A stretch of DNA of 64,000 nt from an uncultured Acidobacteriota bacterium (GCA_963713825.1 CAVQNG010000003.1:480001-544000), one strand, 5' to 3'; shown: positions 17,924-27,986, counted from the first letter of the stretch. Made by a program: numbers and translations. Notes: generated by a model not told the origin, from the sequence alone.

Positions 17924-19288
17924 CTATTGGCTGGCGCAGTAGAGATCCACGGTCACCGTGGAGGATCCTAGGGGGTTGAACGCACCGCACGCCCACCCCG
18001 TCGGCGGTAGACCGGCTCCAGCACTGGTCGGTGCGCTGTTGATCAGGGTGGCCGAGCCCGGGAAGGCCGTACATCCACCGGTCCAGACGATGCTGCCAGC
18101 TGGGCATGCTACGGAACAGCTGAAGGTGCCGCTGCAGGAAACGTGGGTCAGGGTCGGTTGTCCACAAACCCAGGCGGAGCCGTTCCAGTGAACGACCTGA
18201 CCCGGGCCACAGGACAGGCTTGCCAGGGTATCGGTACCCGTGCTGGCGCATACCCAGGCTCCTCCATCCCACTGTGCCACCTGTGTAGCGGCGCAGGAGA
18301 GGCCGCCCAGAGTGTCGTCGTTCTCGTCGGCGACACATTGCCAGGTCGCGCCATTCCACTTGGCGATCTGTGTTGGGCTACAGGCGAGAGATCCAAGTGT
18401 GTCGCTATCGGTCAGGGTGGTGACAACGTCGGCGCCATCCACTTGTAGGGTCATCGCGCCTGTACCGGAGTTGCGGATGTCGAACGTCTGATCGCTGCCG
18501 GAGGAGCGATCCAGTGTCGACTCGGTCAGTCCGGCGTCGGGTGCAACACCGTCTCCCCGCAAGAGCAAGTCGGTGGCATCTGCGGTGTTCTCCGCCGACA
18601 ACCCGGCGCCACCGGGCGAGCTGCTGATGCCTTCAACGCCGTAGGTCTCACCCGTTGGATCGGAAATCTCACCGCGAATGGCCGCGATTCCCGTCCCCTC
18701 TGGCGCACTGGGACCAGTACCAGCCTCGCCAGCTGCAGCCCCAAGCTCCAGAGTCTTTGTCCGTGGTTCCCTTTCCTCGCCTGCTACCTGCGGTCCCAGC
18801 GGGTCTGCCTCGCCACGTTGCGCACGTTCCACGTAGAGGTTGAGAACGTCGAGAGCCGCTTCGACCGCTGCCACCGTGGGTCGAGCGCCGACCGTAAACA
18901 TCCGGGGATCGGCCCACTTCGACGGCACGTCCTCGGCGAGAGCTCGTAGCGTCCAGGCATAGCTCCCTCCTGGCTTCAAGCATTGATCGAGAGACGGGGT
19001 CCACCCTCGGGCCGCTCCAGGGACCGTCACGCGAAGGACAGGCTCTACCTCCTCGACCCCTACACTTCGAGGCAGCTCCTCGGCGGAGAGCCGATAGATC
19101 ACCAGCTCAAAGGAGGTAGCCCTTACATCCGAGCCCCAGTTGAACGTGGGGCAGTGATCAGCGATTTCTACGCTTCTTTGGGAGTCACCCGGTGAGACCA
19201 ATTCAAGTGGCAGGCTTGCGCCCTGCGCCCAGGGGCTAGCGAGAAACAAGACGAGTGAAGGCACCAGAACTCGGCATGCTGTGTTCAT
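17924..19288 (-). CDS. Secreted protein with three Cys/Trp repeats (fibre/adhesin-like)
   Basis: Signal peptide; DTLxxLxCxxxQxxxWxGxxWxC x3. Confidence 0.7.
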   Translation of the reverse strand: MNTACRVLVPSLVLFLASPWAQGASLPLELVSPGDSQRSVEIADHCPTFNWGSDVRATSFELVIYRLSAEELPRSVGVEEVEPVLRVTVPGAARGWTPSLDQCLKPGGSYAWTLRALAEDVPSKWADPRMFTVGARPTVAAVEAALDVLNLYVERAQRGEADPLGPQVAGEEREPRTKTLELGAAAGEAGTGPSAPEGTGIAAIRGEISDPTGETYGVEGISSSPGGAGLSAENTADATDLLLRGDGVAPDAGLTESTLDRSSGSDQTFDIRNSGTGAMTLQVDGADVVTTLTDSDTLGSLACSPTQIAKWNGATWQCVADENDDTLGGLSCAATQVAQWDGGAWVCASTGTDTLASLSCGPGQVVHWNGSAWVCGQPTLTHVSCSGTFSCSVACPAGSIVWTGGCTAFPGSATLINSAPTSAGAGLPPTGWACGAFNPLGSSTVTVDLYCASQ

Positions 19289-19452
19289 CTTGAAACTCCT
19301 TTACTGTGGTTCTTCCGAAGACAGAGCAGAAAGTCCAATCCGTCGCAGATTCACATCCGCGGTAAACGCCGAAGCAGCAGTCTTCTCTCCGATCCTACCT
19401 CGCTCGACAGCGGCTGAGATGACGGCGCCCTCCAGTCACTTTGCGGCCTTAC

Positions 19453-19794
19453 CTAGATGCGCCTAATGCAGTCATCTAGACTCTGTTTCACCTGATGTTC
19501 CCAGATCCGGATGACCGTCCACCCTTTTCGTCTGAGTGACTGGTGGTTTCGCCGATCTCGCTTTCGGTTCCCCACGATCTTTGCCTGCCACTTCGGAGAC
19601 AGGGTGTCTTTCCACGAAGGGAATCGCCAGCCGTGCCAGAAATCACCATCCAGGAAAACGGCAACCTGTTCCACCCTGAAGACGATCTCGGGCTTTCCAG
19701 CTAGGTCACCACCGTGCTTCTCGAGCTCGCGCCAGAACTCGGGCTCGGCGAGCAGGTCCTCCATGAAGGCCGCAGGGTCGATGATGGGCACCAC
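19453..19794 (-). pseudogene. vsr: Vsr very-short-patch repair endonuclease fragment
   Basis: L.GKPEIVF...VFLDGDFWHG...W..KI..N..RD...L...GW.VIRIWEH; canonical N-terminus absent. Confidence 0.75.
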
Positions 19795-19829
19795 CTATTG
19801 GTCTGTTGAGGGGTGGGTAGCGTTACAGG

Positions 19830-21179
19830 CTAGGGGTCAGAACTCGACCAAGCCGACGTGTCGCCCGACTCGAAGCCGTCCTGAAAGATCCAAGACGATT
19901 GGAACATCCGAGCTTGGATGCTCGTTAGATCATCATCGGTTCCAGGCGATCTCCAGCCTGACCAAGCCACGACAAACCTTCCTCCAGGCCCAGGAGCTAT
20001 CGCCGGATTCCGCTGGCCGTCTGTTGTGTAGCTGTTGACCTGAAAATCGCCTGTAAGGGGAGTGCTGTCTGCCTTGAACTCTCGCCCAAGGATCCCCGAT
20101 GAATCAGTATGAGGTGGCCTACCGTAGTGATGCCAAACAACGACGAACTCTCCATTCGGTCGCATCGCAATTGGCGAGGTCACCTGATACTGGGTCGTGT
20201 AGTTGCTGACCTGGAACTGTTGCCCGAGAGGCTCGCCCTCATTGTCGAATCGTTGTGCCTGGATCGTCCAGGCCGAGGTGTTGACGCCATAGAACGATGT
20301 CCAGGTCACCACGAAGTCACCAGAAGCGTCTGCGCCAATGTACGGGGCGGTTTGTACATGATCAGTGAAGGAATTGACCTGGAAGTCGCTGCCTTGAGGT
20401 GTTGTATCCGACAAGAAGCGGCGAGCTTGAATGCTCTGCCTCCAGTTATCCGACCCGTAGGACCCGTCACTAGTCCAGGTGACCACGAAGTTTCCTCCAG
20501 CGTCTGACGCTACCTGCGAATTTCGCTGCGGCCCGGTAGTGTAGCTGTTCACTCGAAACTCGCCCCCCATTGGCGTTCCATCTGACTGGAACCGCCGACC
20601 CTGCACGCTCCGGTCCGGGTCGGTTCCAAAGCCTCCTCCTGACCAAGTCACAACGAATTGACCATTTCCTTGACTCGCAGCCGCAGGGCAGCATTGGCTG
20701 CCGGTTGTATGGCTATTGACCTGGAACTCACGAGAGTCGTGGGGGGCCCAGGGTCTTACGACACGACCCTGGATGCTGAAACTGTCGGTATCGCTTTCAA
20801 ACGAGCCTTCACTGTGCCACATGACAATGAAATTGCCCGACTCATCCGCAACTGCATGAGGGAATGCCTGGGCACCTGTTGTGTAGGTATTGAGCTGAAA
20901 CTGGCTTCCCATCGGCGCGCCTAGAGCATCGAACCTCTGGACCTGAATGCTGTAGTCGTCTATGTCCGTTCCAGCGGAGCCCTCGCTCTGCCAGGCAATG
21001 AGAAAGCTCCCGTCGGGCGCTACCGCCACGGAAGGAAACCACTGCCAACCGGTGGTGTAGGTGTTGACCTGGAAATCATCACCAATTGGAACCGGCCCCT
21101 GAGCGGTCAGAGTAGAGGATTGGCAGAGCAGGAGACTCGCGCCCAGTAGGTTCGAGAACTTTCGGAGAAGGTGACGCAT
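19830..21179 (-). CDS. Secreted repeat (beta-propeller-like) protein with C-terminal FQDGFESGDTSAWS motif
   Basis: ~7 repeats of FQVN.YTTG.Q..P.VA....G.FVV.W; signal peptide. Confidence 0.8.
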   Translation of the reverse strand: MRHLLRKFSNLLGASLLLCQSSTLTAQGPVPIGDDFQVNTYTTGWQWFPSVAVAPDGSFLIAWQSEGSAGTDIDDYSIQVQRFDALGAPMGSQFQLNTYTTGAQAFPHAVADESGNFIVMWHSEGSFESDTDSFSIQGRVVRPWAPHDSREFQVNSHTTGSQCCPAAASQGNGQFVVTWSGGGFGTDPDRSVQGRRFQSDGTPMGGEFRVNSYTTGPQRNSQVASDAGGNFVVTWTSDGSYGSDNWRQSIQARRFLSDTTPQGSDFQVNSFTDHVQTAPYIGADASGDFVVTWTSFYGVNTSAWTIQAQRFDNEGEPLGQQFQVSNYTTQYQVTSPIAMRPNGEFVVVWHHYGRPPHTDSSGILGREFKADSTPLTGDFQVNSYTTDGQRNPAIAPGPGGRFVVAWSGWRSPGTDDDLTSIQARMFQSSWIFQDGFESGDTSAWSSSDP

Positions 21180-21343
21180 AGGCAGCCCAACAACGACCCA
21201 GAGTCCATGGTGGCACGAGGCCACACAAGAGTCAGTGATCTGCGCTACCGCTTTCGCAGGACTCTCTGCTCGCCGTCTTCCGGTGGGAATGATCCGGGGA
21301 GGCCAGTCTTTCCCCTTGCCCTCCCTGGACTTCTGACCTCCGG

Positions 21344-21494
21344 GTAGCTATCTCAATATTCGCGAACCTCTCCCGTGGCTCCGAGATACCGCTTCTGGCC
21401 ACGGAGACATGTCGGGGAGCTTCACTGGCAGTTCAGGGGTGCTTCTGAAGGTCCACTCCAAATGGACCACGCGTGGACCACGGACATTGAGTGA
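21344..21494. repeat. Long tRNA-proximal module end, copy 3 (next to the intact tRNA)
   Basis: Ends aaatggaccacgcgtggaccacggacattgagtga. Confidence 0.88.
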
Positions 21495-21516
21495 TCGGTA
21501 CTCAATAGGGAGAAAG

Positions 21517-21606
21517 TGGCGGAGGGGAAGGGATTCGAACCCTTGGACCGCGTGAACGGTCGCCGGTTTTCAAGACCGGTGCTTTCGACCACTCAGCCAC
21601 CCCTCC
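21517..21606 (-). tRNA. tRNA-Ser(TGA)
   Basis: GGAGGGG acceptor stem, anticodon arm CCGGT-CTTGAAA-ACCGG, long variable arm, AAGGG-TTCGAAT-CCCTT, G discriminator, encoded CCA. Confidence 0.97.
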
Positions 21607-21679
21607 GCGAGTGGTGAGACACAAGAGCTTACTCGGATCAACGGCGAGTGTGTAGTCGTTGCCTCAATCTGCGAAAACT

Positions 21680-21892
21680 CTACTTGGACTTGTCTTTAAT
21701 GCTGCGGGTATCCCAGCCGAACACGTTGTAGGCGAGACAGCTGCCGCTCAAACCCGTGATCAGCGGAATCACTCCGATCCAGCCCCAAAGAGTCTGCGGT
21801 CCAACAAAAACCAGAGAGATCAGGCCGATGCCCACGATCACCCTCAAGGCGCGGTCCACGGTTCCCTCGTTGTGCGTAAATAGCTTGGCCAC
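21680..21892 (-). CDS. DUF2892/YgaP-like small membrane protein
   Basis: NEG.VDR.LR.IVG...WGWIG..PL.TG....C..Y..FG. Confidence 0.85.
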   Translation of the reverse strand: MAKLFTHNEGTVDRALRVIVGIGLISLVFVGPQTLWGWIGVIPLITGLSGSCLAYNVFGWDTRSIKDKSK

Positions 21893-22003
21893 TTTTCCAG
21901 CCTCCCTTTCCTACATGAGCCTAATTCTGGAACCTTAACAGGGAAGCCGTTTTGCGGCATCCGCTCGGGAGGGGGCAAGCCCCTCACCTACATTCTGTGA
22001 CTC

Positions 22004-23425
22004 TCAGATCTCGGCCCGGGCGGCGTTTAGGGCGTCGAGCAATCTATCGAGGTCGGCCTCGGTGGTCCTGTGGCTGGTGATGCAGGCGCGGAGAACGGGG
22101 CGGTCTTCGAAGTGGGCAGCCGATATCCAGGCCTCACCCGCTTCGACGACATGCATCGCGACCGCCGTTGGCTCGGTGCCCGATCGTTGATCGACAAAGC
22201 AGACCGTTGCAAGACTCGGATTGTTGACCACCCTCCATTCGCTCTGATCGAGCAGGCCACACAGCCTCATGGCAAGTTCGATACTCCGCTCGATCATCGC
22301 TGCATAACCATCCCTTCCCAGAACAGCGAGGGAGAGGAAGAGTTTGAAGCCCATGAATCGCCGCGACCATTGCGCCGAATTCGAGTAGGGATCGAGTCCC
22401 GCCACACCTTCGGGCATGTAGCTCGTCTCGATGCCAAAGGTCTTGCCCAGAATCTCCTGGTCGCGGCAGAGAATCACGCCAGCGCCCATCGGCACCGCCA
22501 GCCACTTGTGGGCATCGAGCGTGATGGAATCTGAGGTTTCAATGCCCGACATCATCGCTCTGTGCATCGGACTGACACAGACGGCACCACCCCAGGCTGC
22601 GTCGACGTGGTACCAGAGGTCGTAGTCGTTGGCGACCTCGCGAATCGGCTGGAGGGGATCGATCATCCCCGCGTTCGTTGTACCAGCAGTGGCCGCAACC
22701 ATGACTGGCACATATCCGGACGACCGATCCTGGTCCACCATGAGCCGGAGGGCGGCGGCATCCATGCGACCCGTGCCATCGGTGGGCACCAGACGCACGG
22801 CCTTTCGGCCGATCCCGGTCTGATGTGCGATCTTGAACCAGGCGAGATGGCTCTCCTCCGAGGCGTAGATGAAGGGGCGTCCCGCAAAGCTCGTGGCGCC
22901 CTTGTCGGCGAAGGCCGGCTCCGCACGTGTCAGGGCCAAGAGGGTGGCGGTGTAGTTCGCTTCGGCACCTCCGGAGGTGAAGTGGCCGAAGGTCGCGTCC
23001 TCCTCCCACCCGATCCAGCTCCCCAGGGTCCGCACGACATGCCGTTCGATCTCGACGGCAACCGGGGCATGGGTCCAGACCGCCAACTGGGGATTCAGGG
23101 CAGCGGTGATCGTGTCGGCCAAGATGCTCGGGAACGTCGGCGATGGATTGAACAGGCCGAAGTACCGAGGGTGCTGAGTGTGCACCATACCTTGCTCCAG
23201 GAACTCCACCACATCATCGAGCACCGCTTCGGCGCTCCTTGGCTGGTTGAAGTCGTAGCGTTCCAGATGCTCGCGGATGCTCGACATGTCGAGAGATGGC
23301 ATTGGGGATCTCTCGGGCAAGGTATCGAGAGCTTCATCGAGGCGGCGTGTCACCTGCTTCCATAACGCCTCGCGGGTTTCGCTGTCCGGCAAGAGATCTC
23401 TCTCGAGAGCTTCCTGGTCTGTCAT
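22004..23425 (-). CDS. Group II PLP-dependent decarboxylase
   Basis: HPRYFG, SGG.EAN, AGTT..G..D, HVDAAWGG, DAHKW. Confidence 0.9.
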   Translation of the reverse strand: MTDQEALERDLLPDSETREALWKQVTRRLDEALDTLPERSPMPSLDMSSIREHLERYDFNQPRSAEAVLDDVVEFLEQGMVHTQHPRYFGLFNPSPTFPSILADTITAALNPQLAVWTHAPVAVEIERHVVRTLGSWIGWEEDATFGHFTSGGAEANYTATLLALTRAEPAFADKGATSFAGRPFIYASEESHLAWFKIAHQTGIGRKAVRLVPTDGTGRMDAAALRLMVDQDRSSGYVPVMVAATAGTTNAGMIDPLQPIREVANDYDLWYHVDAAWGGAVCVSPMHRAMMSGIETSDSITLDAHKWLAVPMGAGVILCRDQEILGKTFGIETSYMPEGVAGLDPYSNSAQWSRRFMGFKLFLSLAVLGRDGYAAMIERSIELAMRLCGLLDQSEWRVVNNPSLATVCFVDQRSGTEPTAVAMHVVEAGEAWISAAHFEDRPVLRACITSHRTTEADLDRLLDALNAARAEI

Positions 23426-23579
23426 TTCTCGTCCTCTCTTTGTCGCCCAGAAACTAGCTCATGGACCCGGGTGGCACAACCCGATTCGTGATTCTCCCCG
23501 ACCCTCCGGTCGCTGTGAGAGGTTGTAACGGTTCACAGGGGAGAGACGACATACAATCATGGGTGGAGGCCAACACATT

Positions 23580-23789
23580 ATGCGAAAGTCCTTCACCCTC
23601 GAGTATTGGCGTGATGAAGACTGGTTCGTGGGGCGACTACAGGAAGTCCCAGGAGTCTTCAGCCAGGGAGAGACTCTGGAGGAGCTCGAGGACAACATCC
23701 GTGACGCGTACGGGATGGTCTTGGCGGCACAGGAACCGCCGTTCGCTCCACAGGAGACCCAGTTCAAGGAGATCGAGGTCGAAGTGTGA
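23580..23789 (+). CDS. hicB: HicB family antitoxin
   Basis: VPGVFSQGETLEELEDNIRDA. Confidence 0.88.
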   Translation: MRKSFTLEYWRDEDWFVGRLQEVPGVFSQGETLEELEDNIRDAYGMVLAAQEPPFAPQETQFKEIEVEV

Positions 23790-23965
23790 AGAGGCGCGCT
23801 TTCGTTCGAGAGCTGCAGCGCGCCGGTTGTCATCTCAAGCGACACGGAAAACAACACGACCTCTACAGCAACCCAGAGAATGGCAGGGTTGCTCCAATAC
23901 CACGACACACCGAGATCAAGGACAGTCTCTGCAAGCTGATCCGAGGGCAGCTCGGATTGAGCTGA
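23786..23965 (+). CDS. hicA: HicA family toxin (absent from ORF track, 59 aa)
   Basis: GTG start overlaps hicB stop; MKRRAFVRELQRAGCHLKRHGKQHDLYSNP...IPRHTEI. Confidence 0.85.
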   Translation: MKRRAFVRELQRAGCHLKRHGKQHDLYSNPENGRVAPIPRHTEIKDSLCKLIRGQLGLS

Positions 23966-24050
23966 CGACGAGCCAACTCCAATTCTTCACGTTCCCGCGG
24001 AAACGTCGACGCGCGGGGGAAAGCCCCTCCCCTGCATCGCTCGCCCACCC

Positions 24051-24077
24051 CGGCCGGCAGGGGCGCCGGCCGCTTCA
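24051..24077. repeat. REP-like palindrome
   Basis: Same 27-mer as 11375. Confidence 0.8.
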
Positions 24078-24123
24078 AGGTCCTCCCCTACGCGCCTACG
24101 CCCTTCCCGTGAGAGGCTAGTCC

Positions 24124-24894
24124 GTGCTGGTCATGCTGTACGTCGTCACTCTGCTCTTCATGCTCGTGGTTGGGGGCTTCCTGTTCCTCGAATGGGGGAG
24201 CAACTGGGGCTCATCCGCTGACGAGCAAAGCGCCAGGATGCCTGGCGATACGTTCTTCGAGGGTGGACCGTCACGGCGCCTGGCGATGACTCGTGCCGTC
24301 ACGATCAATGGCTCCCCAGAGATCGTCTGGCCCTGGTTGGCCCAGATGGGTCGCGGGGCTAGCTGGTACAGCTACGACTGGCTGGACAACGGTGGCAAGA
24401 CTTCAGCGCGGCATATCGTTTCCTGGATACCGGCTCCCGAGCTCGGCGACGCATCACCGATCGGATACCTGCGTCATCTCGACCACGGTCAGTCCATGGC
24501 CTGGTGGCTGGGAGGTGTGCGGTTCGCAGGTGCGACGGCTCGCCTGGTGGTGGATATCAGCCTGACCCGAAAGGGAGATCAGTCCCGGCTGGTGATTCGA
24601 AACTCGGCCGATGCTTCGGGAGTCATGGCGACAACCGCCCTTCTGGTGTTCCGATTCATCGATTCGATCATGGCCATTCGGCAGTTAGTGGGCATCCGCA
24701 ACCGTGTCGAGTGTTTCGGGGCACGGTCCGAGAACCCGGAAACCCCCGAAACCGGGGCCAAGGACCAATACCAGCTGTACGAGACGATCTTCGCCTCCGG
24801 AGAATGGGCTGGCAGGCGGGGCAGGGAGCACGCTGCGAGATGGCGTCAGTCAGCGCTCGAGGACGGAGTTATTCGTTCCAAGCCGCCCATGTAG
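24124..24894 (+). CDS. SRPBCC-like hypothetical protein
   Basis: MPGD...TRAVTI....[19 protein letters not shown]. Confidence 0.7.
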   Translation: MLVMLYVVTLLFMLVVGGFLFLEWGSNWGSSADEQSARMPGDTFFEGGPSRRLAMTRAVTINGSPEIVWPWLAQMGRGASWYSYDWLDNGGKTSARHIVSWIPAPELGDASPIGYLRHLDHGQSMAWWLGGVRFAGATARLVVDISLTRKGDQSRLVIRNSADASGVMATTALLVFRFIDSIMAIRQLVGIRNRVECFGARSENPETPETGAKDQYQLYETIFASGEWAGRRGREHAARWRQSALEDGVIRSKPPM

Positions 24895-26138
24895 GGGCGG
24901 AGCTTCTCGGGGATGGTGACCGAGCCGTCCTCGTTCTGGTAGTTCTCCAGGATCGCCACCAGGGTACGACCCACAGCCAGGCCCGAGCCATTCAGTGTGT
25001 GAACGAGGCGTGTCTTGCCGCCATCGGCGGGGCGATACCGGATGTTGGCCCTCCGAGCCTGGAAAGCCGTGCAATTCGAGCAGGAGGAGATCTCTCGATA
25101 GGCCTCCTGGCCGGGAAGCCAGACCTCGAGGTCGTAGGTCTTGGCGGCAGCGAACCCCATGTCTCCAGTGGAAAGACAGACCGTGCGATAGGGCAGCTCG
25201 AGTAGCTGCAGGACCTTCTCGGCGGCAGCGGTGAGCTCCTCGAGAGCCTCGAAGCTCGTCTCCGGTGTGGCGAACTGGAACAGCTCGACCTTGTTGAACT
25301 GATGCTGGCGGATCAGGCCGCGCACATCCCGCCCGTGAGATCCGGCTTCTGCTCGGAAACAGGGAGTAAAGGCCACGTATTTAATGGGGAGCTGTGCTTC
25401 TTCAAGGGTCTCGCTGCGGTGGAGGTTGGTCAGGGGCACCTCGGCTGTCGGAGCCATGAAGTACTCGTGATCCTCGAGCTTGAAGAGATCCTCCTCGAAC
25501 TTGGGCAGCTGGCCGGAGCCGACGAGCGACTCACGGCTGACGATGAACGGTGGCAGGACTTCGGTGTAGCCGTGCTCACGAGTGTGGAGGTCGAGGAAGA
25601 AGTTGATCAGCGCCCGCTCGAGGTGGGCGCCGGCACCAAAGTAAGCCGTGAATCGGGCGCCAGTGATCTTGGCACCGCGCTCGAAATCCAAAATCCCCAG
25701 TTCAGGGCCGAGATCCCAATGGGCTTGGGGCTCGAAATCGAACTCTCGGGGCGTGCCGACCTTTCGTTCCTCGCGGTTGGCTGACTCGTCCTCGCCGCGA
25801 GGCACGCTCGCATCGGGCAGGTTGGGCAAGTTGAGCTCCACATCGGCCAGCTTCACCTCGACATCGGAGATCTTCTCTTCCAGCTCTCCGATGCGCCCCT
25901 TGAGACGGCCGACCTCCTCGATCTGGACAGCGGCGTCTCCACCCTGCTGTTTGACCTTGCCGATCTCCTTGCTGGCTTCGTTGCGCTGCCGTTTCAGATC
26001 CTCGACTTCGACCAGAGCCTCTCGCCGCTCCTTGTCGAGAACCTCCCAGCTGCCGAACAGCTCGGGGTCGGTACCCCGCGTCGCCAGCAACTCCCGAACC
26101 TCTTGCGGTCGTTCCCGCAGCAACTCTCTCGATAGCAT
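24846..26138 (-). CDS. serS: Serine--tRNA ligase
   Basis: Coiled-coil arm, [38 protein letters not shown]. Confidence 0.98.
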   Translation of the reverse strand: MLSRELLRERPQEVRELLATRGTDPELFGSWEVLDKERREALVEVEDLKRQRNEASKEIGKVKQQGGDAAVQIEEVGRLKGRIGELEEKISDVEVKLADVELNLPNLPDASVPRGEDESANREERKVGTPREFDFEPQAHWDLGPELGILDFERGAKITGARFTAYFGAGAHLERALINFFLDLHTREHGYTEVLPPFIVSRESLVGSGQLPKFEEDLFKLEDHEYFMAPTAEVPLTNLHRSETLEEAQLPIKYVAFTPCFRAEAGSHGRDVRGLIRQHQFNKVELFQFATPETSFEALEELTAAAEKVLQLLELPYRTVCLSTGDMGFAAAKTYDLEVWLPGQEAYREISSCSNCTAFQARRANIRYRPADGGKTRLVHTLNGSGLAVGRTLVAILENYQNEDGSVTIPEKLRPYMGGLERITPSSSAD

Positions 26139-26270
26139 GAGGCGAGTCTAATGAGGGCAACAGAAGGGGTCAACGGCCAACGGACCACCCCCAGCAGTTG
26201 TAAACGATAAGATCCGATCCAAAGACGACCCTGCTTCCGGGCGTCGGGATCGGGCCCGGGAGACTCTTCC

Positions 26271-27986
26271 ATGAGCTCGCACGCCCGCTACTCTCCAGCC
26301 AGCGTCGCCGTCGTTCTGGCCGCCGGGGCGTCTCTGTTTCTGCTAGCTGCGGTTCAGGCCGATCCCCAGGCCGCAGTGGAAACCCGGTACCTGGCTTTCT
26401 GGTCCACGGCGGTGCTGCTCTGCGCAGCGGGACTCTCGAGACAGCCCTCCTTCGAGCTTGCAGGTAGCGCTCTACTACTCGTGCTGGCGGGTTGGGCGGT
26501 ACCGTCGGGCCCTGTCAGAGCCGCGACTTTCGGCTTGCTCTTGGCTGGCGGCTTGGGACTGGCGATACACCGTCACCTCGCCGATCGCTCCGGTGGTTTC
26601 GATTGGAGCCTCTGGATACCGGCCGCTCTCGGAATCCAACTCCTCGCCAGATCCGATCATCTCCTGGCGAACCCGCTGGAGCCCAAGACCCTCGTCGGGC
26701 TGGTCGTCCTGCCCGTTGCCGCCGCCTGGAGCCTTGGCACCATCAGCCGAAACCGCGGTGTTGGCGCCGCCCTGCTGGCGGCCGGTGTCAGTCTGGTTCT
26801 CGTACCAGGCTGGAGCGTGGCCGTTGTCCTGTCGCTTCTTGCCATCGCCCTGAGAGTCGGATCTCCCATCGGGGCGGCTAGAAGCTGGCTTCGCTTCGCC
26901 GCGCTGGTGCTGCTGGTGATTGTCGCCGGCCTCTGGCACCCGAGTCTTCCGGTCGTGGTTCTCCTCACGACGCTGCTCGTGGCCACTCCGCAGGATTGGA
27001 AGCGGAACGCTGCCGTGGTTCTGGGAACGGTCATCGCCCTGATCCTCCTGCCAGGAGTTCGCCTCTGGGAGGAAAGTCTTCTTCAAGTTGGCCTGCTTCT
27101 GGTGCTGTTGCCGGCAGGGGCTCTGGTCGGAAGCAAGGATTTGCGACGAGTCATGCCGGCGGCTCTCCTGGTAGCCTTCCTGGCGGCTCGGACGGTTCCT
27201 CTGCCCGGCGCCCTGGCAGCACCTCTGGCCGCGGTAGCCCTCGCCCTTCCTCAGCAGGGGATCTATGTGGGCTTGCAGCGCATCTGGACGGGAACGCTAG
27301 CCGCAGGAACGGTACTCCTTGCGGCCTACCCTTGGCTCCGAACCGAGCCTTTGAGCGACACGCTCCGGCTCCTCGGAGTTCGAGGGGATTGGTCTTCGGT
27401 GCTCGGCGTCGTGGTCAGCTTCTTTCTGATCGGATGGCTGGTGGACCTGGCGCAGGCTCGAAGGCACAGAGCCCTACTTCCGGCGAGCGTCGCATTGATG
27501 GCTCTGGCCGTCGCCGCCCTGCTACAGCTGCCACCTGCAGGGGTCTACTCTCTGACTGGCGCCCCGGTCGTCCTGACCGCTGAGCACTACGAAGTCATCC
27601 GAGAGCTGGAGGTCGATACCCCGGTAAGCGCAGTGGTAGTCGACTCCTATCTGGAGAATTCGGCACAGCTGGCCGCGGGCACTCCGTTCGCCGAGGTCAC
27701 GCTGGAAACCGAGGATGGCAACTTCCAGCGATGGCTCCTTCGTGTCGGTATTGAAAGTGGGGAGTGGGCGGCCCGGCGGGAGGATGTGGCAAGCCGGGAC
27801 GGATTCCAGGCACCACCACCATGGCTGTCCTGGATACCCGCCGAGAGTGAGGTTTTCGCTCAGCGCTATCGTGCTCGTTGGGACCTCCCCGAATCCGTCA
27901 GGGCGACGCGTTTGACCCTCACCCGCCTTCCCGCACTGCAATCCGACGTCGGCATCGCGATCCTCGATCTGGAGCTCCGGCCATGA
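26271..27986 (+). CDS. Polytopic membrane protein with C-terminal soluble domain
   Basis: Many TM segments; ATGA overlap with next gene. Confidence 0.7.
   Translation: MSSHARYSPASVAVVLAAGASLFLLAAVQADPQAAVETRYLAFWSTAVLLCAAGLSRQPSFELAGSALLLVLAGWAVPSGPVRAATFGLLLAGGLGLAIHRHLADRSGGFDWSLWIPAALGIQLLARSDHLLANPLEPKTLVGLVVLPVAAAWSLGTISRNRGVGAALLAAGVSLVLVPGWSVAVVLSLLAIALRVGSPIGAARSWLRFAALVLLVIVAGLWHPSLPVVVLLTTLLVATPQDWKRNAAVVLGTVIALILLPGVRLWEESLLQVGLLLVLLPAGALVGSKDLRRVMPAALLVAFLAARTVPLPGALAAPLAAVALALPQQGIYVGLQRIWTGTLAAGTVLLAAYPWLRTEPLSDTLRLLGVRGDWSSVLGVVVSFFLIGWLVDLAQARRHRALLPASVALMALAVAALLQLPPAGVYSLTGAPVVLTAEHYEVIRELEVDTPVSAVVVDSYLENSAQLAAGTPFAEVTLETEDGNFQRWLLRVGIESGEWAARREDVASRDGFQAPPPWLSWIPAESEVFAQRYRARWDLPESVRATRLTLTRLPALQSDVGIAILDLELRP

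Noticed and set aside
6968-21577. CRISPR array interpretation of the 33-bp repeat
   Set aside because: The repeat is tRNA sequence, the spacing is kilobases and there are no cas genes.
21517-21606. tRNA-Sec
   Set aside because: The anticodon is TGA (reads UCA, Ser) rather than TCA, and the acceptor stem is 7 bp.
24846-24894. 49-bp convergent overlap of serS and its neighbour
   Set aside because: Short tail overlaps are common; no further signal.
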